Counted from the first letter of the stretch, positions 32,199 through 44,615 are shown. The stretch is 64,000 bases of DNA from an uncultured Actinomycetota bacterium (GCA_963822135.1 CAWGGI010000004.1:156290-220289), one strand, 5' to 3'. The notes: a model not told the origin generated them from the letters alone. Numbers and translations: made by a program.

Positions 32199-33347
32199 TC
32201 ACGCGAGCATGTCCAGGATGTTCTCGCGGTCGGCGTCCAGGCCCGGAGCCGGCATTCGCTCACCGGGATCCGGGAAGGCCGAGAGCTTGATAGGGTTGCC
32301 GGCCATCATCAGCGGCCCCGCACCCGGATCTTGGGTCGACACCACCATGTTGCGAGAGCGGACCTGAGGGTCGGCGAGTACCTTGTCCACCGTGTTGATG
32401 GGCCCCGAGGGGATCCCGGCCTCTTCGAGCGCGGTCAACCAGTGCTCGACCGGATGGAGTCGGAGCACGGACTCCATCTCGTCCTTGAGCGCGGCCTGGT
32501 GAACCGTGCGCAGGTCGTTGGTGGCGAACAGCGGGTTATCGGCCAGATCGGCGCGGTCCAGCACAGTGCACAGGCGCCGGAAGAGCGCGTCGTTCCCCGC
32601 GGCGACCACCAGGTAACCGTCGGCCGCCGCGAAGGCGTCGAACGGCGTGATCGACGGATGACGGGCGCCGAGCGGCCCCGGCACATTGCCGGTGGCGGCA
32701 TAGCGGGCGATGGCGTTCTCGAGAACAGCCACCTGGGCGTCGAGCATGGCCACGTCGATGAGCATGCCCTCGCCGCTCGTGGTGCGGTGGTAGAGGGCCC
32801 CGTTGACGGCCGTCGCCAGAAACAGCGCCGCCACGATGTCCCCGACCGAGGCGCCCACCCGAGCCGGCGACGAATCCGGATGCCCGGTGAGACTCATGAT
32901 CCCACCCATCGCCTGCACGATGATGTCGTACGCGGCACGCGAGGCATAGGGGCCGGTGCGCCCGAATCCGGACACGGCGGCGTATATCAGCCGCGGATAG
33001 CGCTCGTGGAGCGTATTCCAGCCGAGGCCCATCCTGTCCATCGTCCCCGGACGGAAGTTCTCCACCAGCACGTCGGCTCGTCCAAGAAGGGCCAGGAACA
33101 CCGCGCGGTCCTCCTCGGCCTTGAGGTCTAGCGCGATGCTCTCCTTGCCCCGGTTGAGGGACATGAAGTAGGCGGACTTCCCTGCTACGAATGGCCCATA
33201 GTGCCGAGAGTCGTCCCCTCCCTTCGGGGCCTCCACCTTGATGACCCTGGCCCCCAGGTCGGCCAGCACCATGGTGCAGTATGGACCGGCCAGCACCCGG
33301 CTGAGGTCGACGACGGTGATCCCGCTGAGCGGTCCTTCCACGGCCAT
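32199..33347 (-). CDS. CaiB/BaiF family III CoA-transferase
   Basis: GPLSGITVVDLSRVLAGPYC, LNRGKES, ADVLVENFRPG, SGFG.TGPY, YD.IVQA. Confidence 0.93.
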   Translation of the reverse strand: MAVEGPLSGITVVDLSRVLAGPYCTMVLADLGARVIKVEAPKGGDDSRHYGPFVAGKSAYFMSLNRGKESIALDLKAEEDRAVFLALLGRADVLVENFRPGTMDRMGLGWNTLHERYPRLIYAAVSGFGRTGPYASRAAYDIIVQAMGGIMSLTGHPDSSPARVGASVGDIVAALFLATAVNGALYHRTTSGEGMLIDVAMLDAQVAVLENAIARYAATGNVPGPLGARHPSITPFDAFAAADGYLVVAAGNDALFRRLCTVLDRADLADNPLFATNDLRTVHQAALKDEMESVLRLHPVEHWLTALEEAGIPSGPINTVDKVLADPQVRSRNMVVSTQDPGAGPLMMAGNPIKLSAFPDPGERMPAPGLDADRENILDMLA

Positions 33348-33530
33348 CAAGGGCTCCTTTCGAGCAACTCGGCGCTCCCTCCCAGCTTTGAGGCCGATCG
33401 AGTCAGGTCGGTCGGATCTAGCGGGTCGTGCGCTCTGGGATTCCACAAGCAGAGGATAGCGGACCGGCCACCTCTGGGAACGCCTGGATGACCTTTCCAT
33501 CGGTGGTCACAAGCCTTGTCCCGAGCTGAC

Positions 33531-34514
33531 CTACCAGGGAAAACGATCCCGGCGCTCGAAGAAGCCAGGGTAGTGCTCCTCGCGTTTGGGGGCCGTCTGC
33601 GTGGCGAAGGCCACTGCATGGAGGACAGCGCCGTCGACCGCCAATGCGGAGCCCACTACCCCATCGCCGGTGTAGCGGTAGCTGAGACCGTTGCCCGGGG
33701 ACTCATGCTCCGTGACCTTCACCCCCGCGAGAGACACCACCCACTCCCGAGCGGTCCTGCGATCGCCCTCGACCGAAGAGGCAGCGCCGCTCGGTGCGTC
33801 GATGGTGTACGAATGAACGAGACGGGCATGGAGCCTGGAATAGGCCTCGGGACTGGTCACCACATCCATGCCGGCAACACGTCCAAGCCACAGCGCGAGG
33901 ATCCCGATCTGGCCAGGCCTACATTCAAACGCCGCCTCGCGCCGCTCCACATCCGCTCTGCGCTGCTCGTATACCTCGCGCGCAGCCGACGTGGAAGAGC
34001 GGACCTGGTGCCTCTCCTGCAGAAGGCCGACCTCAGTCCAGATACGACCCTGATCGGAATGGAAACCCTGGCTCCGCCGCAGGCTGGAGGTGACCGATTC
34101 GCTCGCGGCCAGCCGGATAGCCGGTGCGGATACGTAACCGGAATCCACGAACTCGCTCGTGCGATAGTCCCAGCGGCCTGCCTCGGTGCAACTCACCGGG
34201 ATGATGATCTCCTGACCCGGCTTGATGTACACGGAGGTATTGAGCACCCGGTTCTGCTTGGCTCCGGCAAGCTCCTCGCCATCGATGATCAGTACCCCGA
34301 CGGAACCGCTGTTGCGCGCTTTGAGTGCCGGTACCGAGCCCCCCTCGGACACCTCGGTGACGATGAGTGTCTGCGCGGCCAGAGCCTGTCCCAACGTGAC
34401 GAACTCCGGCAGTCCGGTGAAGCTGCCGAACACCGGCACCAGCGTCAGGCCTTGGTCGCTCTTGGGGTCGCCCAGTTCCAGTCGTTCGAACAATCTGGAG
34501 ATGACGTCGTTCAT
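33531..34514 (-). CDS. DUF6569 / ARPP-1-like protein
   Basis: VTEVSEGGSVP.L...N....VLIIDGEEL.GAKQNRVLN...PVSCTE.GRW...Q..IW signature. Confidence 0.78.
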   Translation of the reverse strand: MNDVISRLFERLELGDPKSDQGLTLVPVFGSFTGLPEFVTLGQALAAQTLIVTEVSEGGSVPALKARNSGSVGVLIIDGEELAGAKQNRVLNTSVYIKPGQEIIIPVSCTEAGRWDYRTSEFVDSGYVSAPAIRLAASESVTSSLRRSQGFHSDQGRIWTEVGLLQERHQVRSSTSAAREVYEQRRADVERREAAFECRPGQIGILALWLGRVAGMDVVTSPEAYSRLHARLVHSYTIDAPSGAASSVEGDRRTAREWVVSLAGVKVTEHESPGNGLSYRYTGDGVVGSALAVDGAVLHAVAFATQTAPKREEHYPGFFERRDRFPW

Positions 34515-34516
34515 GT

Positions 34517-35239
34517 CTACCGTCCCTTCTTGCTGTCGGCAGCGGAGCCGGGCTTCCCGGTCGCGGGCGTGTCTTTGCCGTCGCGCGCTGCCTGGTACTC
34601 GTCCCACGACGTCTTCCCGAGATCCTCGAACCGGGCATCGAAGAACTGGTCGTCTTCAAGTTTCCGCAGTCCTGATCGCCGGTAGGCTTTGACATTGGAA
34701 GAGACACGGTCCATGACGGCCGCGGTCTGGGCCGGAGAAGCCGCGTAATCGAGAGTGCGTCCGCCGTGGATGCCGATGCCGGCGCCCACCTGGTATGCGT
34801 CCTGGTTCGCCCCGAGGTAGATGAACTCGTAGCCTGCGGACTTCTGCCGGTCTTCGATCATGTCCATGACCTGCTCGCGGCTGAACTCCCTGCTGGAGTT
34901 CTCCTGTCCATCGGTCATGATGACAAACAGGACCTGGTCGGGCTTGTGAGCCGCCACGTACTCATCCGCGATGCGCATGGTGTGCGCGATGGCATCGTAG
35001 AGCGCCGTATTGCCGCCGGGTACGTAGCTCTTGTGATCGAGGGGTAGCACCTGGCCGACCGGGGTGGCGCTCACCACCGTCCGAAAGTGCGTGTCGAACA
35101 GCGTGAGGGTCATTGCGGCCGAGCCGCCCTCCCGCTTCTGGTCGTCCAGGAACTGGTTGAAGCCCTCGATGGTGGCTTCGCAGATCGCTCCCATAGACCC
35201 GGATTTGTCGAGCACGAAGTTGATGAGGATTCTGTCCAC
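34517..35239 (-). CDS. von Willebrand factor A domain protein
   Basis: MIDAS motif LDKSGSM, T.LYDAI, MTDGQENSSRE, FIYLGANQDA. Confidence 0.9.
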   Translation of the reverse strand: MDRILINFVLDKSGSMGAICEATIEGFNQFLDDQKREGGSAAMTLTLFDTHFRTVVSATPVGQVLPLDHKSYVPGGNTALYDAIAHTMRIADEYVAAHKPDQVLFVIMTDGQENSSREFSREQVMDMIEDRQKSAGYEFIYLGANQDAYQVGAGIGIHGGRTLDYAASPAQTAAVMDRVSSNVKAYRRSGLRKLEDDQFFDARFEDLGKTSWDEYQAARDGKDTPATGKPGSAADSKKGR

Positions 35240-35305
35240 TGCGACCCCTTTCTCTCGGCCCCTCCTCAAGTCTATTCCCCGACGCGGACAGGAGAGGCGA
35301 ATTGT

Positions 35306-35374
35306 TTGCCATCTTTGTCAAAGTCATGATAGCACGCTTGCCATAACTGTCAAATCCATTGACAAGGGTGTAGA
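35306..35374. promoter_or_regulatory. Divergent promoter region with three operator-like boxes
   Basis: TTGCCA-N4-TGTCAA at 35306 and 35338, TTGACA-N4-TGTAGA at 35359; minus-strand TTGACA-N16-TATCAT with extended -10 TG. Confidence 0.65.
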
Positions 35375-36178
35375 ATGGCCCCGGAGGTGAAGGACATGGC
35401 GCGGGTCGGTTTCGGCACGGTGCTGCGAAGAATCCGGCACGACCGGGGTGAGACCTTGGAGCAAGTGTCCGAGGCGACCGGGCTGTCCGTCGCCATGCTC
35501 TCGCGTGTCGAACGTGGAGAGCGCCTCCCCTCCCCCGAGTCGGTCGAGACGCTTGCCGCGCACTTCGGTCTTCCGGCGGAGTACCTCATGAGCGAAACGA
35601 TCGCCAATCGGATGCTCAACCGGTACGGACTCAAGAGCAGCAGCCTGGCCGCCGAACGACTTTCAAGGGAATCGCCAGAGGCGGCAGCCCTTGGCTGGGC
35701 GGCAGATATGCCCCTGGAATCGAGGGGCGCTGAGCCGGACCGGCCGGCGCCCGAGAGGCGCCAGGCAGACCGGCCGCCGCAGCGCTACGGCGCATTCCAA
35801 GAGATGGACATGTTGGCGGCCCTCTCGGCCATTGAGGACCCCGGGGCGGGAGCGCGGGCCGGGAGGCCATCGCCACGATCACCCGCGGCACCCGAGCCTT
35901 CGCCGTCGCCGCAGCCGGCCCAACCGGCCTCGCCACATCTCGATCCCGCTACCGAGCAGGTTCTGAGGGCCGCGACCGCTTCGTCTAGGGCAGCCGCCGT
36001 GCTCGCAATGCAGGAGAGCCGCTCCCTATCGGCGGAAGCGCGGCTCGATCTCCTGCGAGAGGTCGAAACGCTTGCCGCCCAGGCCGCGGAGGCGCTTCGC
36101 ACGCTGGCGAGCGACGACCCTGATCCACGCGTGCGAGCTGCTGCCGGCCAAGCGCTACAGCGGCTGGGCAGACACTAG
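35375..36178 (+). CDS. XRE-family HTH regulator with Pro-rich linker and HEAT-like C-terminus
   Basis: FGTVLRRIR...TLEQVSEATGLSVAMLSRVERGER.PS; C-terminal LASDDPDPRVRAAAGQAL. Confidence 0.85.
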   Translation: MAPEVKDMARVGFGTVLRRIRHDRGETLEQVSEATGLSVAMLSRVERGERLPSPESVETLAAHFGLPAEYLMSETIANRMLNRYGLKSSSLAAERLSRESPEAAALGWAADMPLESRGAEPDRPAPERRQADRPPQRYGAFQEMDMLAALSAIEDPGAGARAGRPSPRSPAAPEPSPSPQPAQPASPHLDPATEQVLRAATASSRAAAVLAMQESRSLSAEARLDLLREVETLAAQAAEALRTLASDDPDPRVRAAAGQALQRLGRH

Positions 36179-36342
36179 ACTGCCGCTGCGATCACCGGGC
36201 TGCCGCTCCCGGATGCCGAGCGGTCGGCGGTGCATTGCTGCAGTCCGTTGGTTGTCCGGGTAGGCACACCTCGCTGTACTCGCCTTCGCGCCCGCTGGGC
36301 CTTCGGTAGACGCTCTACCAGAAGCACTGCGGGACGTCGACT

Positions 36343-39030
<2,688 letters not shown>

Positions 39031-39119
39031 TACTTCACCCTTTGCTTGCTGCGCACATTAACTATATAGTATAGATACGCAACAGATGACTCGCAAGAGG
39101 TCGTTGGACTATGCGGGAG

Positions 39120-39148
39120 TTACCGGGGGTTCGAATCTCCCCTCCGCT
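39120..39148 (+). repeat. Degenerate tRNA-Ser(CGA) 3'-end fragment
   Basis: TACCGGGGGTTCGAATCTCCCCTCCGCT resembles tRNA bases 39917-39945. Confidence 0.6.
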
Positions 39149-39176
39149 CTGGACCTACCAGGATGTTAGCCATACC

Positions 39177-39587
39177 TTGCTTAACTCGAAGGTAATTCTT
39201 AAATATGCTCTGCTTCACTTCGCCGAGTTGCTTCTACTAGTCGGCGCACTGATTGTGGTAGAGCGTTTTCTAGGTATGGGCACCTGGCTGATCATTACCA
39301 TTATCGTGCTGTGGATAGTCAAGGATATAATCATGTTCACTAAGGTTTGGCAGTCTTATGCTTTTCCGGATAATGATCCTATGAGGCAACTCATAGGTTT
39401 AGAGGCTACTGTAATGGTGAGCCTTAACCCGGTTGGGTATGTGAGAACAAGAGGTGAGCTTTGGAAAGCTGAAGTCAGCAATCCCCGATATCCTGTGGAA
39501 AAGGGCGCTAGAACGAGAGTCATTGACGTCAAAGGAACGACACTGATAGTAGAGAGGTGTGATGGGGATGGACCGCCGACCAACTGA
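39177..39587 (+). CDS. NfeD-like membrane protein, AT-rich relative to flanks
   Basis: TM helices, then LIG.EA.V...L.P.GYV..RGELW.A...V..V.G.TL.V (OB-fold). Confidence 0.8.
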   Translation: MLNSKVILKYALLHFAELLLLVGALIVVERFLGMGTWLIITIIVLWIVKDIIMFTKVWQSYAFPDNDPMRQLIGLEATVMVSLNPVGYVRTRGELWKAEVSNPRYPVEKGARTRVIDVKGTTLIVERCDGDGPPTN

Positions 39588-39597
39588 CGGCTCACGG

Positions 39598-39767
39598 GTG
39601 GCCGTGGGCAGGCGCCGGCTCACACGGAGCATCTCCAGACCGATCACCTCGCCCCGCTCTTCGAGGTCGAGCCCCACTCCGGGGCGGATCTCCTCGGATT
39701 CGAACACCGGAGACCTGTCGAGACGAATATGAAGCGCGTCGGCCTTCTGGTCGAAGCGTACTCTCAT
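39598..39767 (-). pseudogene. Orphan, 3'-truncated DUF2283 antitoxin copy
   Basis: MRVRFDQKADALHIRL...ESEEIRPGV...RLPTA closely matches 31659..31859, then similarity stops; no toxin upstream. Confidence 0.7.
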
Positions 39768-39855
39768 AGCTTCCCTTTCATGATTCCTGGATTGTCCCCC
39801 TTCGCAGCCGTCGCTATACTCGCTACTCGCGCCGGCGTCTGACGACGCCCGCCAC

Positions 39856-39945
<90 letters not shown>

Positions 39946-40131
39946 TAGATTCTCCCGCGCAAGCGGAGGCGGCAGCTCACAGGAGGGCCGGGGATTCCGA
40001 ACCCGCGAGGGCGTGAGCGTCAGCGAGACAGTCCCTTTGGATTGTCGAGCAGCGAGCGGTCTGAGCTGAGCCGGACGGCGAGGCGAGGACGGCAGCTTGC
40101 GAAGCAAGATGCGCGAATCCCCCCCTCTCCG
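39946..40131 (+). repeat. tRNA-linked structured insert ending in an exact 18-bp copy of the tRNA 3' end
   Basis: CGAATCCCCCCCTCTCCG at 39928-39945 and 40114-40131; internal inverted T-arm copy and hairpins. Confidence 0.7.
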
Positions 40132-40270
40132 CTTAGGAAAGCCAAGAATCGCACGTTGGAACTCGGCACGAGTGGCCAGGTTCTTGCGTCTTTCAGGCGA
40201 GTTCGGGGGCAGGTCGGGGGCAAACTCGATAGCAGGCAGGGTAACGAGACGGACGAGAGGACATCGCGGA
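40114..40270 (+). repeat. att-like array repeat, copy 1
   Basis: tRNA end + CTTAGGAAAGCCAAGAA...GCGTCTTTCAGGCGAGTTCGGGGGCAGGTCGGGGGCAAA...GACGGACG. Confidence 0.85.
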
Positions 40271-40515
40271 TACTGGTGTACCTCCCGCATGGCGCCGGTG
40301 TTTCTCAGGGTCAGGTACCCGGGGACGGCCGCCAGCCGACGCACCTTCCCACGCCTCTCCGCAATCTATCCGTTTGGTATTACACTACTGATATAGGCCT
40401 GCGCATCGTCCGGCTGATGCGGCACGTTTGGCCATCGACCAGAGCGGGAATCGCTCCGTAATTCTCGAGTCGCCAGATGCCTGGGCAAAACGTCGTCGTC
40501 CGCGGGGGTCAAAGA

Positions 40516-42360
40516 ATGAGAGCGAAGCTCTTCATCGCAACGCTGATCGTTTCGTCCTTGTTGCTGCTGGTGTTCGGTGCGCTATTCGTCAACGCGTCAG
40601 GAGACAAGCCGGGCGTCTTCCCTGGGCTGGGGAAGGCGTCGGCCGTCCTATGTGCCGGATGAAGTAATCGTCCAGTTCAAGAACGACGCCCAACCTTTCA
40701 GGGTGATCAAGGTCCCGTCCGGACAGGTGAAGGCCCAGGTAGCCCTGTATTCCCATAACCCAAACGTGGTCTACGCGGAGCCTAACTACATCGCTCAGGC
40801 TTTCTCGTGGCCCGACGATGCACTCTATCCCCGTCAGTGGAACTTCGGCACGGCGGCTGCCGGTGGGATCGGGATGGAGCAAGCTTGGGGCACGCCTGCC
40901 ATGGGAACTGGAGTGACCGTGGCGATCGTTGACACGGGGATCGCGTACGAGAACTACTCGTCCTACGTGAAGGCGCCCGACCTGGCTGCGACGGCTTTCG
41001 TGCCCGGGTACGATTTCGTGAACGGTGACACCCATGCCAATGACGACAATAGCCATGGGACTCACGTAGCCGGGACCGTAGCACAAAGCACGAACAACAC
41101 CATCGGCGTCGCCGGCATCGCCTACGGGGCGACCCTCATGCCGGTGAAGGTGCTCAACAGCTCGGGCTCTGGTAGTTATTCAACATCGCCAGCGGAATCC
41201 GCTGGGCAGCCGACCACGGGGCGAAGGTCATCAACATGAGCCTTGGAGGTTCCTTGCCGTCGACCACGCTAAAGAATGCCCTTGCCTATGCCTACAACAA
41301 GGGCGTGACCATCGTGGCAGCGGCCGGTAACAACGGCTCGAGCCGGGTCAGCTATCCGGCAGCGTACGACGACTACGTGATCGCCGTTGGTGCCACTCGC
41401 TACGACAAGACGCTGGCCTACTATTCCAACTACGGGTCCAGCTTGACCTCGTCGCTCCCGGAGGCGACGCGACCGTCGATCAGAACGGCGATGGCTATGG
41501 CGATGGCATCCTGCAGAACACGTTCGATCCGGACACCAAGAACGTCTCGGATTTCGAGCTACTGGTTCTTCCAGGGGACGTCGATGGCTTGCCCCCACGT
41601 TGCCGGGGTAACGGCGCTGCTGATCGGCAACGGAGTGGCGGCCACTCCGAACCAGGTGCGGGCCGCGCTCCAGGGAAGCGCTCTGGATCTGGGGGCTAGC
41701 GGCTGGGACGCTACCTATGGCTGGGGACTGCTGGATGCGTACGCGGCGCTCCATTGGGGCGCGGCGACCAACCTGCCGCCTGTCGCAAATGCGGGAATTG
41801 ACCAAAGCGTTCACGTGGGCGACACGGTGCACTTCGACGGCTCGGCCTCGACGGACCCGGAGGAAGGGGCTCTGACCTACAGCTGGGACTTCGGTGATGG
41901 CACCGCATCGGCGACCGGAGTGACAGCGGATCACATCTACACGACCACCGGAACATATACGGTGACACTCATGGTCACCGATCCAGAAGGACTGACGAGG
42001 TAGGATACCGCCACCGTTCAAGCGGATGCCGCGCCGGTAGGCGATGGGGAGCTCCACATTTCTTTCATCGACGTGGTGCTCAAGCCCGCCGGCAAGAACC
42101 TGAGCGCTCAGGCGACGATCACGATTGTTGACGGCCTTGACAACCCGGTGGTGGGGGCAGTGGTTTCCGGTACTTGGAGCGGCCTTACCAGCGACAGCGA
42201 CTCCGGAACGACCGGCACCAACGGGCAAGTGGTGCTGGAGTCCAACAAGGTGAAGAATGCGAAGAGTGGATATACCTTCACCTTCACCGTCAACGGTGTC
42301 GTGTTTGGCGGTTGGACCTGGGACGGGTCCAATGCAACTGCCTCGGAATACGTTCCGTAG
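40516..42360 (+). CDS. S8 subtilisin-like serine protease with PKD domain (frameshifted)
   Basis: Signal peptide, YAEPNY propeptide, VAIVDTG, HGTHVAGT, AAAGN, GTSMACPHVAG, YSWDFGDG. Confidence 0.92.
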
Positions 42361-42509
42361 GCGACGACTTCACATCGACGCCCGAAGGCACGAGCCCAGG
42401 GGCCACGTATCACTGCAACTTCAGGCCCACTCCTTCCAGGTCGGGTAGCACGTACGAGCGGTGCCAAGGCGCTGAGTCCAGTGCAGCGCCACGATGTTGA
42501 CGCTCAACC

Positions 42510-42690
42510 TGCCGTGCAAACGGTACCGGGGGTTCGAACTTCCCCTCTCCGCTCAAAAAGCCACAAATCGTGTGCCGAGACCCGGCCCGGGGGCTGGGTT
42601 TTCGCGTCTTTCGGGCGAGTTCGGGGGCAGGTCGGGGGCAAAGTGGACAACAGCAGACGGAACATGACGGACGCAGACACACGGTTGCTC
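42510..42690 (+). repeat. att-like array repeat, copy 2
   Basis: TGCCGTGCAAACGGTACCGGGGGTTCGAA...CCCCTCTCCG + CGCGTCTTTCGGGCGAGTTCGGGGGCAGGTCGGGGGCAAA...GACGGACG. Confidence 0.88.
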
Positions 42691-42925
42691 GCGTCGGTGC
42701 TCCTGCCGAGGATGGAGGTAGGGGCTCCACGCCTCGCACAATAGTGCAATGCCAGACCGAGTATTGGGCTATTTCGTCGATCTCCTGCCCGACCACCCAA
42801 CGCCACGGTTGGCCGCTACCAAGCCTTGCCAGCCGGAGGCCCTCGGGTCAACTCTTGCTCTTGCGACGCTGCCGGCCCGGACCTATGCTCTGTTTGTTGC
42901 ACCGCCCGCGTGGGAAGGAGCGGAA

Positions 42926-43327
42926 ATGAGGAAGCCTGGCATCGTGGCTGCAACGGTCACCATCCTGACTCTAGCGCTTATCTCAGCCGGCTGCGGCGAA
43001 GCGACCACGGAGGCGACAAGGTGGGTGACGGTTGTTGATGATGTTCAACCGTTCAATTCAAGCGACTCCGATTCGAAGATCACCGTACCCTTCAAGTTAA
43101 CCGGCGCACCGTGCCGGTTGCGCTACGAGACTGTGAATGCATTCGTGCTGCATGTCTACATCGCGCCGGGCGCCGAACCGACTAAGCGTCAGAGCGTTCT
43201 TGACAGGCGCGACTCGCCCAGAAACGGACAGACGGTGGTATCCGTGGAACCCGGTATCTACTGCCTGGAGATAGAGGGCGTATCAATGTGTTACAGCTAT
43301 CACCTCTGGCTGGAGGAACAGCGTTAG
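42926..43327 (+). CDS. Hypothetical lipoprotein
   Basis: AAGGAG RBS, lipobox SAGC, beta-rich domain. Confidence 0.7.
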   Translation: MRKPGIVAATVTILTLALISAGCGEATTEATRWVTVVDDVQPFNSSDSDSKITVPFKLTGAPCRLRYETVNAFVLHVYIAPGAEPTKRQSVLDRRDSPRNGQTVVSVEPGIYCLEIEGVSMCYSYHLWLEEQR

Positions 43328-43617
43328 CCTGCTTTCCGCCGGGACCGTTCGAACAGCAAGTTCGCACTGCCGTCGGTGAGCGTCCGGGTATTCTCAGCAG
43401 ACGCCCCCGGATTGGCTGCTCTCAAGCAGCCTTGCCAGCCGTGGGGCTCCTCGGTATCAATGCTCGTTGGGACTAGCTACCCGTGGCGACATTCCAGTCA
43501 GACCACCCTTTGCACCCTCACAGCGCTTGCTTGCACTCCTCGCGTTGACTGAACATGAGCTTTCTCCTAGCTAAAGAAAGCAGTAAGCCGGGCCGGGCAT
43601 AAGGAACGCCAGGCTGC

Positions 43618-43700
43618 TTCTCGATAAAGGCAAACCTGCTGAAAGGCAGGGACGCAAAGCCATCGGCCCAAGTTAGAACGGGCGGCTGGGTTGCCGGGAA
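43618..43700 (+). ncRNA. c-di-GMP-I (GEMM) riboswitch
   Basis: AAAGGCAAACC-TGCT-GAAA-GGCA-GGGACGCAAAGCC...GGGTTGCCG fits the GEMM consensus; P1 pairing TTCTCG/CGGGAA. Confidence 0.9.
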
Positions 43701-43858
43701 AAACGGTGCCTGGTCGCCCTTTTCTTGTACCCGAGGTTCCCGGCTAGGCTCGCAGTACGGTAGTGCAAGGGTCGGTCGACTACAAGGGGGTCCGTCTACG
43801 AAGCATAAAGCAATCAGGTCACCGAAGGCTGTGTTCCCCAGGAAAGGGAGGGAGTCTC

Positions 43859-44278
43859 ATGCGTAGATGGATTCTTGTTGGAACCGCCGCTGTCATCGTC
43901 ATGGCGCTGCTCCTAGTGTTAGCCCCGGTTGCCACGGCCTCTGCATGCGCCGACTGCAAATCCCCGGGCTACTATAAGACTCATGATTGTTGGACCGGTG
44001 TGTGCATCGGCGGCCAGTGGTACCCGCGGGAAGAGGCACAGGCCTTGATGAAGGAAGTACCCGGGGATAAGAGCTACACCCTCTTCCGTTCCCTGGTCGC
44101 CGCCAAACTGAATGTCGCTAACGGGTGCTACGCATCGTGCTGCGTGCTCAACTGTATGAGCCGTGCCGACTGCTGGCTGGCCCAGTGGTTCCAGGAGGAC
44201 ATCACAGCCGACAGTTGGCAATGGCAGTGTGGCGGGGAGTGCCTCTACTGGTGTCTTGACCGCTACAACAACTCATAG
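43859..44278 (+). CDS. Secreted cysteine-rich protein
   Basis: Signal peptide; SPGYYKTH, LVAAKLNV and LDRYNN motifs; 12 Cys in the mature part. Confidence 0.8.
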   Translation: MRRWILVGTAAVIVMALLLVLAPVATASACADCKSPGYYKTHDCWTGVCIGGQWYPREEAQALMKEVPGDKSYTLFRSLVAAKLNVANGCYASCCVLNCMSRADCWLAQWFQEDITADSWQWQCGGECLYWCLDRYNNS

Positions 44279-44331
44279 TAAGCCAGAACTGTGCTCCCTG
44301 TCGGTAGCTGAATAGCATGAACAAACACAAC

Positions 44332-44360
44332 GGGCCGTCCTTCGGGGCGGCCCTTTCTTT
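44332..44360 (+). terminator. Intrinsic terminator
   Basis: GGGCCGTCC-TTCG-GGGCGGCCC-TTTCTTT. Confidence 0.85.
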
Positions 44361-44392
44361 CCCGAACTTCAATCGTCCGTCTTCCTCGCTCA

Positions 44393-44480
44393 GGCCGGGT
44401 TCTCGCGTCTTTCGCGCGAGTTCGGCGGCAACTCGGGGGCAAACACGACAACATACCGACGAACGAGACGGACAAGGACG
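44393..44480 (+). repeat. att-like array repeat, copy 3 (arm only)
   Basis: GGCCGGGTTCTCGCGTCTTTCGCGCGAGTTCGGCGGCAACTCGGGGGCAAACAC...AACGAGACGGAC. Confidence 0.8.
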
Positions 44481-44615
44481 CACTAGATGGCAGGGCCACC
44501 TGGCCCGATGATGACGGGGTTTCAGCAGGTCGCGACATTGGCGGCTTGACGGGCACGCTGCGCAGTCATAGGCTGACGCAAGGGCGAAAACCTTGAAGTA
44601 TCAGAGGGGGCCGTG

